Shown: in pieces, positions 35,115 to 51,244 of the stretch
How the letters are laid out: each line of letters begins with the position of its first letter
Numbering within the stretch: the first letter of the stretch is position 1
NCBI GenBank assembly: GCA_014905635.1
Contig: JABVCE010000005.1
Span: 1,488,001-1,552,000 of the forward strand
Source: Scenedesmus sp. PABB004
Taxonomy: Eukaryota
Direction: 5' to 3'
Length of the DNA stretch: 64,000 bases
The notes under the pieces: generated by a model
The model's input: the letters and a program-made list of their open reading frames with translations, nothing else
Database searches by the model: none
What the model was told of the DNA's origin: nothing
Made by a program: the position numbers and the translations under genes

Positions 35115-36822
35115 ATGCAGCAGCAGCAGCTCCCGCTGGACGCGCGGGCGCCAGACTGGCGGCTCGGCGCCGTGCGCTGGCGGGCGCTGCTGTACTATCA
35201 GAACTGGGCGGGATGGATCCTCATCGTGCCCACGATCATTGCCATCGGTGCGTGCTTGGGGAGGCCGGTCGCCGCGGGCACGCCGCGCGCCGCGCCGCGC
35301 CGCGCCCAACCGCTCGGCCGGTCGCCGCAGTGCTCGCGCACTGGCTATTCCAGGACCACCCCGTTGAGCGCACGGGCCTGCTTTACGATGCAACCATCAG
35401 GTTTAGGCGGCCGTGCGCTGCGCCGCGCGCGACCGCGCCCAGCGCGCACCGCCCTGAGCCAGCCCCGCCGACGCGCCGCAGCGCGCCGCACGCCGCCAAA
35501 AACTCCGTCCCCAACGAGATCGCCACGGTCTTCAACTGGGTCTGCATCCTCCTCTCGCTGCTGATCGTCGAGCTCGGCCTCTTCCGCCGCCAGCAGAGCC
35601 TGACCATGGCGCTCGCGGCGGTGCTGCACCACATGTGGTGCTGCGCCGTGTCGTTCATCATCGTCATTGCCGTAGCCGGTGCGGCGGCGGCGGCGGCGGC
35701 GGCGCGACGGCGGCGCGCCCAGGCAGGCGGCGGCGGGCCAGCCAGGCAGCGCGGCCCAGCCAGGCGGCGTGGCCGAGCCAGGCGGCGCGGCCCAGCCCAC
35801 CCGCCGCGCCCGGCGCCGCGCGCCGCAGAGATGACGAAGCCCTTCTCCGGCCGGCTGCGCCCCGACTGGCTCTCGCGCTGCCAGCCCGCGGACGCGGTCG
35901 GCGCGGCCGCGCTGCGCTTTGGCGCGCCCATGGGTGGGTGCGGCGGCGGCGCGGCGCCGCAGCCGCAGCGCGCGGGGCGCGGCGCTGCAGCCGCAGCGCG
36001 CGGGGCGCGGCGCGAGCTGCCGCGGCGCGCGGCGCGGCGCGAGCTGCCGCGCCGCCGCCCGCGCCGCAGCGCCGTGCACCAACCGCAACAAGCCGGTGGT
36101 CATCGACGGCCGGCTCAGCTTCCCGTCGGGGCACGCCTCGAACACCATGGCCGTCGCGTGGTGCGCCGGGCGCCGCCGCCGCGCGTAGCGCCCAGGCGCC
36201 TGGCCAGGCGGCGCGCGAGCCGCGCCCACGCGCGCGCGCAACCCCGCACCCGCACCCCCTCCCCCGCCCGCGCGCAGGTACAACATGGTCTACCTGGTGT
36301 GGTCGGTGTACCTGCGGCCGCAGCGGCCGTACTGCGCGGCCGTGCTGGCGTCGCGCACGGTGCTCGGCCGCCTCGGGCGCGAGGCCGCGGGCGCGCTGTG
36401 CTACGCCCTGGTCGTGGCGGCGCTCGCGCTGTCGTGGTTCATCGGGGTGTCGCGGTGCGCGCTGCGCCAGGCGCTGCGCCAGCGCGCGCTGCGCCAGATG
36501 CGCCGCGCGCGCGTGCGAGTCGCGCGCGCCGCGCGCCGCGCGCGCCCGAGCCCCGCCCGCCGGCGCTGCCGCCAGGTTCTGGGACAACCGGCACCACATC
36601 TCCGACATCGTGGGCGGCTTCCTGGTGGCCATCATCTTCTCCACGCCCTACGCCGTCAAGGCCATCGGCCTGCACGTCGCCATGGCCGAGCGCATCGACG
36701 GCGCCGGGGGCGCGGCGGGCGACGCCAAGCTCGTGGCGGCGCGGGACCCGGCGCGCGGCGGCGGCGCGGCTCCCGGCGGCGCGGTGGTGCTGGAGCTTGG
36801 AGACCAACGGCGGACCGACTGA
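35115..36822 (+). CDS. PAP2 / lipid phosphate phosphatase, tandem copy 2
   Basis: Same three catalytic motifs (KPFSGRLRP, SFPSGH, SRFWDNRHHISD); paralog of the upstream gene. Confidence 0.9.
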
Positions 36823-36845
36823 GCTGCGCGCCGATGTTCGCCGGC

Positions 36846-36930
36846 TTGGCGCGCAGGTTTGAAATTTCGCCGCTTCGCCTCCGGCCCCTGTTTCTGCGAC
36901 GCAGGCCGCCCCGTGCCCGCCGCATTCGAA
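36846..36930 (+). promoter_or_regulatory. Putative E2F/CDE + CHR-like cell-cycle elements upstream of MCM5
   Basis: TTGGCGCG-cagg-TTTGAA (36846-36863) and CCCGC-cgca-TTCGAA (ending 36930). Confidence 0.45.
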
Positions 36931-37093
36931 CGCGCGCGACGCCGCGCACCCGCCGTCCCGCGCCGCGCCCGCACCCCGCCAGTCCCGCGCGCCTGCTGCG
37001 CGCCCGCCCCCGATCTGCGCCGCACCGACCCCTGCCGCCCCCGGGTGCAGCGCAGTCGGTCGAGCGGGCCGCCCGGCCCCTCCACGCGCGGCC

Positions 37094-41618
<4,525 letters not shown>

Positions 41619-41971
41619 CGGGGCGTTGGCGCTTGGGCCGCGGCGGCGGCCCGCCGCGAACGCGCGGGGCGGCGGGCGGCGGCACTGGCTGGCGGAGGGC
41701 GAGGATCCGGCGGCCGTGTACATAGGATGGCGCCGCGGCGCTGTAAGAGAGCGCTGCGAGCACGCACGATCGCGCGGGCCCACGGGGATGGCGTCGCGGC
41801 CTGAAGCGCAGACCGCCGCCGCGCGTCCGTGTGCCCCCGCCCCGGCGCCCCGCACCTCCAGACCGCCCCCAGCCCGCACACAGCCCCCACAGCCACTGCA
41901 GCCCGCCGACGCGCGCCGCCGGTCACGGCTTCCCGCCGCCCCGCGCCGCCGCCGCCCCGCCGCCGCTCGCC

Positions 41972-43063
41972 ATGGCGCGCCACCCCGCTGTCCTGGCGGT
42001 CCTGTCGCTCGCCCTGCTGGCCGCAGGCGAGGCGGCGGCCGCGGCGGCGCGGCAGCGGCGGCGTCGCGGGGCTGCCCGCTTGCATGCGGCGCCTCGCCGC
42101 CGCCGCCGCCGCTCCCCGTCGCCTGCATCCACGCTCTGCGCCCTCACCCGCGGCCGCGCGCCACGCCGCAGCCGCCGCAGCGCCCGCGCGCGCCGCCGGC
42201 GCGGCGTCGGCTCGCGACGACGGCGACGCCTCGCACTTCCTCGAGCTCCTGCAGGCCTGGCTCACCGCCGGCAACGACGCGGCGACGGTGGCGGAGCTCG
42301 CGGCCACGGCGCCAGGCAACATGAGGTGCGAGCGCCGCCACGACCTGCGCGCGCGCGCCGCCGCCGTGCGGGCTGACGCGCGCGCCTCGCCCGCCGCTGG
42401 CCCGCCGCGGGCGCAGCATGCTGCTCAACGCGGTCGACCGCGCGGGCCTGTCGGCGCCCATCGCCGACCCTGCCTTCACGGCGACCGTCCTCTGCCCGAC
42501 AAACAAGGCCTTCCGCGCTGCGCTGCTCAAGCTCAAGATCACGCCGGTCGAGCTCTGGGCAGACAAGACTCGGCTTGTCGACATCCTGTCCGGCCACCTC
42601 ATCCACGGCACCGCGCTCGCGGTCGCCGACCTCAAGGACGGCCAGGAGCTCACGACGCTGAACAAGCACAAGCTCAAGGTCCACGTCGATAAGTGAGCTC
42701 ACGTGCTCATGAGCGCGCGCGCACGAGGCTGCCGCAGGGGCGCGCCGCGCTCTGCGCGCGCGCGGCTCAGCGCAGCGCGGCAACGCTGCCCCTGCTGACC
42801 CGCGCTGCGCCGCCCGGCAGGGTCGCTGGCACGTCGTTCCAGGGCGCCAGCGAGACGGCGCAGGTCATCGCGGCCGACCTCAAGGGCGGCAAGGTGTGGC
42901 GCGCGCGGTGCCGCCTGGTGGCGGCCGGCCGGCTCGCGGCCCACTGCGTCACACGTCACCGCGGCGCACTGACGCGCGCGCCCCCTGGCCGCCGGCGGCG
43001 CAGAGCATCATCCACATAGTCGACACGGTGCTGCTGCCCCCCATCAAGCCCAGCGCGGCGTGA
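41972..43063 (+). CDS. Secreted fasciclin (FAS1) domain protein
   Basis: Signal-peptide-like MARHPAVLAVLSLALLAA; H1 TVLCPTNKAF; ILSGHL; H2 IIHIVDTVLLP. Confidence 0.88.
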
Positions 43064-43224
43064 GCTCACGCCTCGAGGCCCCCGCTGGGCGCCGCGCGGC
43101 GCGCCCTGAGCCCTCCTCATGCCGGCGGCGCGCCGCCGCTGCCGCGAGTTGCGAGTTGCGCGTTGGCGTGCGGTGAGTGACGGTTACTCTGCCCCCCTCG
43201 CCCCCGCCGCACGGCGCCGCGGCG

Positions 43225-44245
43225 CTACGCAATCGCCGGCGCGCCCGACAGCGCCAGCAGCGCGTCCGCCTGCTCCTGCTCCGCCGCCAGCCGCGCCGCC
43301 GCCTCCTCGCTGAGCGGCAGCAGCAGCTTCAGCCGGTACGCGTCCTGGCTGTTGAGGTAGTACCTGACCAGCCGGCGGCGCGCGACGCGCGTGGGGCGGG
43401 CCGCTGCCGCGCGTGAGGCGGGCCGCTGCCGCGCGCGACGCGGGTCGCTGCCGCGCTGCGCCGCGCGCGGCCGCCGCGCGCTCGGGCGGCGCGGCCGGCG
43501 GGCGCCGCTGCGCGCGGTGGTGCGGCGCGCACGCACCGGTGGAGGTGCTTGTCTCGCAGGAAGCCGAGGCTGCGGTACAGCGCGAGCGCGCCGCTGTTGG
43601 CCACCTCCGCCTCGAGCACCACCTCGTCCGCGTCGCCCGCGACCATCTCGGCGATCGCGCGCTTCGCCAGCGCGCGGCCTGGCGGGCGCGGCGCGGCGCG
43701 GGGTCGGCGCGGGGGCTCTCGCCGCGCCGCCGCCGGCGGCCGCCGCGCGCGGCGCGCCGCCGCGGGCGGGCGCGGCGCGCGCCGCACGCCCCCCGCCGCC
43801 GCGGCGCGCACCGAGGCCGCGCCCGCGGTGCGCGTCGTCGACGACGAGCATCGCGATGTAGCCGCGCCGCCGGCCGCGGTGGTCATCCATCTTGGCGACG
43901 ACGACGCCGACCGGCGTCGGCCCGTCGTACGCGAGCCAGCAGAGGCCCGGCCACTGGGCGAGGAAGTAGCGGTACGTGAAGACCGAGTAAGGCTCGCTCA
44001 GGCTCGCCTCGATCAGCGCCGTCACCACCGGCAGGTCGTGCTCGTCCTTGAACTGCCGGCGCGGCGCGCGGCGGCGGCGCGCGCGGTCGCCGAGCGCGGG
44101 CGGGCGGCGGCGGCTGCAGCAGCGGCGCCCCGCGCTGCGGCGGCATTTCCCGCCGCACCTGGCGGTACGTGATGCCTGCGTCCCGCCCCGAGGTGCTGGC
44201 GTGCTCCTGGCGGCCCTCGCCGGGCGCGCCGGCGTCGGCGGCCAT
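43225..44245 (-). CDS. NAA30: N-alpha-acetyltransferase 30 (NatC catalytic subunit, MAK3), 4 exons
   Basis: [66 protein letters not shown]. Confidence 0.94.
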
Positions 44246-44819
44246 CGCCGCTGCTGCCGCCGTCGCCGCCGCGCTGCGGGCGCCGCGGGCCGAGTGCTGA
44301 GGCGCGCCGATGCGCTTGGTGCTGCTGGCGTTGGGACTCGACCGCCGGACGTGTGTGCAGCGCGCACGACCGCGCAACGGGCCGTGCAGGGCTCGGGCAG
44401 TCGCAGAGCCAGGGCGCAGGAGCTGGTGCGCAGGCTGCCCGGTCGCGTCCAACGAGCTCGCCGCACCAGCATCCACACAGCCCGCTCCTCGCCCGCCACG
44501 CCCGCTCCCAGCCCACCCCCCGCCCCCCGCGCGCGCGCTCTCGCCAGGCACCGCTCGCGGGCGTCTGCGTCGCGCGCCTCCGGAAGCAGGGCCCCTTAGA
44601 GAGTGCCCACGCCCAGCGCCGCGGGCCCCAGGCGTCTCGGGGGAGGCGGTTGCGGGGCATCGCACCGCGCGCCCGGCCCTCCCGCCCCAGCCGCGGCCCC
44701 GGGCGCCCCGTGCAGCCGGCCCCGGCACCAGCGTTGCGTGGTCGGCGCGGGGAGCGCGGCCCAGGAGCGCAGCGGCGCCCCGGAGCGCCCGCGGCGCGCG
44801 CAGCAGCGGCGGCGGCGCG

Positions 44820-45948
44820 ATGGTGCGGTTGACGCTCATCGCGCGCCTGTCGGACGGCCTGCCGCTGGCGGAGGGCCTGGACCGCGACGAGAGCCCGGAG
44901 ATGCGGCAGTACGACTACAAGTCGCAGGCCAAGGCACGGCGCCCGCGCGCGGGCGGGCGGGGACAGCGCGGCGCGGCGCAGCCAGCAGCGCGCCGCTGCG
45001 CCGCTGCCCGCGGCGCCCGCGAGACCCCGCCGCCCCCGCCGGCGCGCCGCCGACGCCGTGCAGGCCATCTTCAAGCGGCTATCGCAGACGCCGCACGCGG
45101 GCCAGGAGCCGCGCGTGAGCGTCGAGTCGGGGCCGTGCACGTTCCACTACCTGCTCGACGGCAACGCCGCGTTCCTCACGCTCACGGAGAAGGGCTACCC
45201 CAAGAAGCTGGCGTTCCAGTACCTCGAGGAGCTCGCGGGCGAGTTCTCGCGCCTCTACGGCGCCCAGGTCGACGGCGTGACGCGGCCGTACGCGTTCATA
45301 AAGTTTGGTGCGCGGCGGCACCGGGCAGAGGCGGGCGGGGCAGGGCGGGGCGGTGCGGGGCAGGCGGCGGCAGTGGCAGGTTGCCGCAGCGGCAGCAGCG
45401 GCGGAAGCAGCGGCAGCAGCGCCAGGCGGCGGCAGCGGCAGCAGCGGCAGCGGCGGCGGCGCGCGTCTGCCGCCAGCGGCTGAGGCCGGCCCGCCCCCGC
45501 TCGCCGCCGCGGCGGGCGCGGCGCGTCCATGCAGACACGTTCATCCAGAAGACCAAGAAGCTCTTCCAGGACACGCGCAGCCAGCGCAACGTCGCCGCGC
45601 TGACCGCCGACCTCACCGAGGTGCACCAGATCATGAGCCGCAACATCGCCGAGGTGCTGGGGCAGGGCGAGAAGCTCGACAGTGAGTGCGCGCGGCCGTG
45701 GGGCGGGGGCCGGCGCGCGGCGGCGGCGGCAGCGGCGGCGCGCGCGCCGGTGGCGACGGGCTGCCGCGTGTGCGTGCGGCGCCGCAGGCATGACCAAGCT
45801 GTCGAGCACGCTCGCGATGGAGTCCAAGTCGTACTCCAAGCGCGCCAAGGACCTGCACACGCAGGCTCTGCTGCGCAAGTACCTGCCCGTCGCCGTGGTG
45901 GTGGGCGTGGTGCTGCTGGTGCTGCTGTTCCGGAAGCTGCTGTTCTGA
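44820..45948 (+). CDS. SEC22: Longin R-SNARE SEC22, 4 exons
   Basis: MVRLTLIARLSDGLPLAEGLD, GYPKKLAFQYLEEL, RPYAFIKFDTFIQKTKK, IMSRNIAEVLGQGEKLD, C-terminal transmembrane helix. Confidence 0.96.
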
Positions 45949-46208
45949 CGGCGCGCAGCAGCCGGGCGGCGCCGCCGGCAGTCGGACCGGCGGCGGCCGC
46001 GTTTGACCTGCAACGTTCTCAGGCCCGACGCGCTCCCGCGTCCGCAGCGCCACTCCACCGCACACCCGCGCACCCGCGCTCGCCTGCGGCCGCACCAACG
46101 CGCGGCCGGTTGCGCATCTCGCTCGCGGCCGCCCACGCGCGCAGCGCGCGTCCGCACAGCGGCGCCGCATGGCCTGAGCGACGCGCCGGGTCGGTGCGCA
46201 CGCTGGAG

Positions 46209-48956
46209 ATGGAGCTCGCGGGCCAGCAGGCAGCCCAGCTGAGCGCGCCGCAGCAGCGCCTCCTGGCGCTCGCCTGCGAGGCCGCAGAGCTCGGGCGGGG
46301 CGGCGGGCGTGCGGAAGCGCTGGAAGTGCTCGATGGCATGCCGCACGGGCAGGTCTGGGAGCTGCTGTGCGCCCTGGCCGCGCAGCAGGCGGGGTCGCGG
46401 GCCAAGTCCCCGCCCTCCTCCCTGCGCGGCTCCCGCGGTCGCCTGGGCGGCCTGCCAGGGGACGCGGACGACACGCTGCCGCTGGATAGGGGCGTGCCGG
46501 AGGGCAGCGCGCGGCGGCGGCGCGGCAGCGGCGCCGAGACCGACAGCAGCGGGGAGGCCTGCTTCACGCTCAGCGCGGTCGCGCCGCCGGTGGGCAGCAC
46601 CACGCCGCGCCTGCTGCGCGAGGCGCAGGACTCTGAGCCGGACGCGCAGGCGCAGCCGGTGAACGCGCGGCTGCTGGCGCTGCAGCGCGAGAGCAGCGCG
46701 GGCGGGGGTCGGTTTGACCTCGGCGCGTCGCTGGACTTGCTGGGCCAGTCGACCGCGGACGCTAGCTGGCTGTCGCCAGGCAGGGCGGCCGACCTGGCGG
46801 CGAGCCTGGCGGCGAGCTTGGCGGCGCCGCGCGGCGCCCTGCACGACGGCGCGCGCGGCGCGTGGGCGGCGCCGCTGGCGAGCCCGCCGCTCAGCGGCGC
46901 CGGCGGCGGCGGCCCGGTCGGCTGCAGCCCGCTGCGCGCGTCGGCGGCGCTGAGCGCGCGCGCGGGCCCGGTGTCGGTGCCCGTCGTCTTCGCTGCCGGC
47001 GCGGGCGCCGACAGCGACGCCGACGAGGCGGGCAGCGACGCGGCGTCGACGCCGGGCAGCCCCTGCAGCTGGCGCGGCGCGCCGCCCTCGCCGCCGGGCC
47101 GCCGCGCCGGCGGCGGCGCGTGCCGCACGCCGCCCAGCAGCGAGCGCCGGGGCTCGCACCTCGCGCCCGGCCCCGCGCTGAGCGGGTCGCCGCTCGGCGA
47201 CGCGCACCGCCACCAGCAGCTGCAGCAGCAGCAGCAGCAGCAGGAGCAGCAGGAGCAGGCGTCGCCGTGCACGCCGGTCGCGCCGGCCGGGCGGCGCGGC
47301 GGCGGCCTGGGCCGCGCGCTGCTGGGGCCCGTCAACGCGCTGCGGCGCAGCTTCACAGCCAAGAAGCCGCAGCACGGCGGTCCCGCCGCCGGCGCGCCGT
47401 CGAGCGGCGCCGCCAGCCCGGCCCTCACCGTGGTGAGCCGGCTGCCGTCGTTCACGGCCACGGCGGCCGCATCCGGCGGCAGCGCCGGCCGGGCGCCCGG
47501 CGGCAGCGGCGGCAAGGGCCAGGGCGGCAGCATCGGCTACAAGCCGCCCTCGCGCGCCGCGACCGCCAGCCCCGCGCCGTCCGTCGCGTCGCTGGGCTCG
47601 GCCTGCGGCACGCCCACGCGCTCGCCGCTGAGCAGAGCGGCGGCGACGCCCGCAGCGGCTGCGCCCGCGTCGCGGCTGCCCGCGCCCGGCGCCGGCCGGC
47701 CCTCGACCACGCCCAGCCCGCCGCAGGCCAAGCCTGCGGCGGCGGCCAGCCCGGGCATGGCGTGGCTGAGCCAGCAGCAGGCGGGCAAGGGCGCCCGGCC
47801 GGGCGGCGGCAGCGAGGCGGGGCTGCGCTCCGCGCCCGTCACGCCCGGCCACTCGCGGCCGGGGAGCTCGGCGTCGGTGCGCTCGGCGGCGGCGTCGGCC
47901 GCGGCGCACGGCGGGCTGTCGCGCATCGGCGGCGCCGCCGCAGCCGGCGGAGCCGCGGGCGGCAGCAGGCTGCCCGGCTTTTCCACGACCAACGCAATCA
48001 CCGCGGCGGGGAAGCAGCCGGGCACCGGCGGCAAGCGCGGCACGCCGGTCAGCTCCGCGCGCAGCACGGGCACGGCGAGCAGCAAGGCAGCGTTCATGCG
48101 CTTGGGCATCAGCCCCGAAGACGCCATCGCCGCGGCGGCGGCCCGGGCGGCGGCGGAGTGCGCGACCGCGCGCGGCGCGAGCAGGCTGCCCTCGGCGCCG
48201 GGCACCGCCGCCACCGCCGGCGCCAGCAGGATTGCGGCGCCGCCGAGCGTCAGCGGCGCGGGCGCGGGCGCGGGCGGGGGCAGGCCCCGAGCGGGCGGCC
48301 AGGCTCGCGGCGCGGCGGCCCGCGGCGGCGCCGGCGGCGGCGCGGCGGGGCTGCGGCGCTCTCGCAGCTGCGGCTCAATGGCCGACATGCTCGGCGCCGG
48401 GCAGGAGCCGCAGCACAACTACGAGGTGTCGCAGCTGCGCCAGATGTGGCAGCAGCGCGCGGCGGCGCAGCACGAGCTCCAGCAGGCGCGGCAGCACGGC
48501 GAGCGGCCGCAGCAGGGGCAGCAGCAGCTGCCGCAGCAGCACTCGTTCGGCGGGCCCAGCGGTGGTGGCGGTGGCGGCAGCAGCACAGCGTGGGGGCGGC
48601 ACGGCGCGTCGGCGCTCGGCCGCGCGCCCGCCGGCAGCCCGCTGATGCCGGAGCCCGAGGAGTGCGCGTCGCCGGAGGCGCACGTGCACGCGCGCCGCCG
48701 CTCCAGCTGCGGAGCGGGCGGCGGCAGCGGCAGCCCGCCTGCGGCTGCGGGAGGGCCCGCCGTGGCGCGCATGGGCGAGGTGATCAAGCGCATGGACGGC
48801 CTGCTCGCCGAGCGCAGCGGCTGCTCGGCCACGCCGCCCAGCAGCCTGGCGAGCAAGCTGGCGGCGGGTGCGCGCGCGGCGTCGGCCGCCGCCGCCGCGG
48901 GCGGCGGCGATTGCGACGAGGGGGCGGCGGCGGCCCCCAGCCGGCTCCTGTTCTGA
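46209..48956 (+). CDS. Intronless Ser/Pro/Ala/Gly-rich, probably disordered hypothetical protein
   Basis: One long frame with coding-like codon usage (ctg/gag/cag); no domain recognised. Confidence 0.6.
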   Translation: MELAGQQAAQLSAPQQRLLALACEAAELGRGGGRAEALEVLDGMPHGQVWELLCALAAQQAGSRAKSPPSSLRGSRGRLGGLPGDADDTLPLDRGVPEGSARRRRGSGAETDSSGEACFTLSAVAPPVGSTTPRLLREAQDSEPDAQAQPVNARLLALQRESSAGGGRFDLGASLDLLGQSTADASWLSPGRAADLAASLAASLAAPRGALHDGARGAWAAPLASPPLSGAGGGGPVGCSPLRASAALSARAGPVSVPVVFAAGAGADSDADEAGSDAASTPGSPCSWRGAPPSPPGRRAGGGACRTPPSSERRGSHLAPGPALSGSPLGDAHRHQQLQQQQQQQEQQEQASPCTPVAPAGRRGGGLGRALLGPVNALRRSFTAKKPQHGGPAAGAPSSGAASPALTVVSRLPSFTATAAASGGSAGRAPGGSGGKGQGGSIGYKPPSRAATASPAPSVASLGSACGTPTRSPLSRAAATPAAAAPASRLPAPGAGRPSTTPSPPQAKPAAAASPGMAWLSQQQAGKGARPGGGSEAGLRSAPVTPGHSRPGSSASVRSAAASAAAHGGLSRIGGAAAAGGAAGGSRLPGFSTTNAITAAGKQPGTGGKRGTPVSSARSTGTASSKAAFMRLGISPEDAIAAAAARAAAECATARGASRLPSAPGTAATAGASRIAAPPSVSGAGAGAGGGRPRAGGQARGAAARGGAGGGAAGLRRSRSCGSMADMLGAGQEPQHNYEVSQLRQMWQQRAAAQHELQQARQHGERPQQGQQQLPQQHSFGGPSGGGGGGSSTAWGRHGASALGRAPAGSPLMPEPEECASPEAHVHARRRSSCGAGGGSGSPPAAAGGPAVARMGEVIKRMDGLLAERSGCSATPPSSLASKLAAGARAASAAAAAGGGDCDEGAAAAPSRLLF

Positions 48957-49110
48957 CCGGCCCGGGGGAGGGGGCCTCGCGCGCGGCGGGGTGCACGCGG
49001 CGGCGGCTGCTGCTGCTGTGTGCTGCGCGGCGAGAGGCGCGGGAGAGACGACGGCCTGGGCTTTGTCACAGGAACGAGTGCCGCGCGCCCGCGCACCGCG
49101 TGCCGCGCGC

Positions 49111-50577
49111 TCAGCGCGGGATGCGCACCGAGGTGACGCCCGAGAAGTGCGCCTTGAGCGCCTTGGAGCTGGCCCAGCTCGACTGCGTGTACGAGTCGTC
49201 CTCGTCCTGCGCCAGCGCCTGCGGCGGCAGCGGGGGGCGCGCCCGCGGTCCGCGGCTCGCAGACGGGCGGCGCCGCGCGTCACGCAGCCCCCCCCCCCCC
49301 CTTGCCGGCCGCGGCGCCCGCCGCCGCATGCAGCTGCCGCCCTGCCCGCGCGCCTTCTGCTCCTCCTGCTTCTTGTAGTACCACGCCATCATCGCCTTCT
49401 GCGTCTCCGCGTCAACCGCCTGCCGGCGCGGCGCGCGGCACGGCGCGGCGCCGTCCTGTCAGCAGGCGCGCAGCCCTGCGTGCGCCCAGCCGCCTGCTCG
49501 TCGAGCGGTGCTCGCCGCGGCCGCCGCCGCGCGCGCCCCCACCGGCTCGCGCGCGGGCGGGCCGGCGCCCTTCTTCTGCAGCTTGACCGTCGCGCGCGTG
49601 CGCTCGTTGCGGCCGACGTACTCGGACAGCGGCCGGTCGGGCGCGAGCTGCTTGCCCGCAAACCAGAGCACCGCGGTGTCGGGGTCCAGGTCGACGCCGC
49701 CAAACTGTGCGCGCGCGCGCGGGCGGGGTGGCGGCCGTCCGCCGGGCAGCGCGCGCGCCGCCCGCGGGCGCCCGCGGCGCGCCCGCCGCGCCCGCGCCCG
49801 CGCGGCGCGCACGTTGCTGCCGGCGAGGTCCTCGCGGCCCTCGAGGCACGCGCGCACAAAGTCCCACTCCGGCAGGCCCATGGGGTAGCAGATCATCACC
49901 GCGCCGCGCACGAGGTCGATCGCGCCCTCCAGGCCCCGCGCCGTCAGCGGCTCGCGCCGCGCGACCAGCGCCTGCAGGTTGCGGCGGCGGCGCGCGGGCG
50001 TCCGCGGCGCGCGGGGGGCCTCGGCGCGGCCGCGGGTGCGGCCGGCGCGCGCCTTGGACGCCGCGGCCGCCGCGTTTTCCAGCTCCTGCAGCAGCTTCTT
50101 CGCGACGACCGGGTCGCAGGCTGCGCGGCCGCGGGCGCGGGCAGGGTCGGCGGCGCCGGCGGCGCCGGGGCGCCCGCGCGCGCGCGCCGCGCGCCAGCTT
50201 GCCGCCCGCCGCCCGCGGCGCGGGCGGTGGCCGCACCGTTGCCGGTGCGGCGGCCGGTGGGGTCCATGGCGTAGTGCTCGCCGCGCTGCACCGGCGCGTC
50301 GGCGTACTCGTCGATGCCCTGCGCGTCGGGCGGCTTGGCGGGGCCGTACTTGGCCAGCTCCTCGCCCTCCAGCTTGAGGCGCGTGATGCGGTGCCGCAGG
50401 TTGTGCACGCGCGCGAGCGCGGCCGCGACGTCGCGCACGGGCGTCGCCGCGGGCGTCTCAAAGAGGAACTGGGCCTCCTCCGAGTTCTGCGGCGGCGGCG
50501 GCGGCGCTGGGCGGGACGGCGGGCGCACCCCGCAGCTGCGTGGCCGCTCCGCGGACCTTGAGGTGCAGCAGCACCAT
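49111..50577 (-). CDS. CFAP298: Cilia- and flagella-associated protein 298 (C21orf59 / FBB18), 7 exons
   Basis: MVLLHLK, QFLFET, ELAKYGPAKP, DPTGRRTGN, RGAVMICYPMGLPEWD, LWFAGKQL, YVGRNERT, MMAWYYKKQEEQK, LKAHFSGV. Confidence 0.93.
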
Positions 50578-51244
50578 CGCGGCGGCCGGCGGGGCGCGTT
50601 GGCGGGAAGCGGCGCACCGCGGCGCTCTGGCACGCACACGGCGGGTGAGGGTGCGTGTTGACTGGTATGGGTGCCGTGTCGTCTAGGACGAAGCGGGGCG
50701 CCCTGCCGCCACAGGCGCGCGGCGCGCGCTGGCGACGACCGTCGGTGAACCGCCGCCGCTGCTCGGGGCGCGGCGCGTGTGCGGCGGCGGCGCCCCGCAC
50801 CCCGCCCGGCAGTGTCGCGGCTCACGCACCGCCCGTGGAAGGCTCTGCCTGGCGTCCCCCACCCCAGACCGGCGCCCCACGCCACGGGCCCGCTCGCAGG
50901 ACGCGCCCCACGCCGCGCCCGAGCACGCCCAGGAGTGACCTGCGGGGTGCAGCGCCGATATTGAGGCGAGGCGCCTCAGTGCGGCCCCGCCGCCGCGGTG
51001 TTGTTGAGCAGCGAGGCGCGCCGCGCCCCGCCGCTTGCTCCCTGCGGCTCCCTCGCCCGCCCAGGCGGGGCCCGTCGCGCCTCCGGACTCACAGACGCCT
51101 CCACAGCCCGCCGCCGGGGGCGGCGCCGCGGCGCGCCATGCGCCGGCGCAGCAGCGCCGCGGCGCGGCCCACGGGTCGCCGCCCGCCGCCGCGCTGAGCG
51201 GCGCTGCGCGGCCGCGCGCGAGCGGCATGCCGGTGCACCCCGCC

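Noticed and set aside
44310..48956. 1548-aa ORF that appears to fuse SEC22 to a large protein
   Set aside because: It passes through SEC22 introns and out-of-frame exons; SEC22 has its own stop at 45948 and the next gene starts at about 46209.
50678..50691. TCGTC-TAG-GACGA inverted repeat in the CFAP298/CCDC57 promoter as a possible X-box
   Set aside because: Poor match to the RFX consensus, and RFX regulation is not established in green algae.
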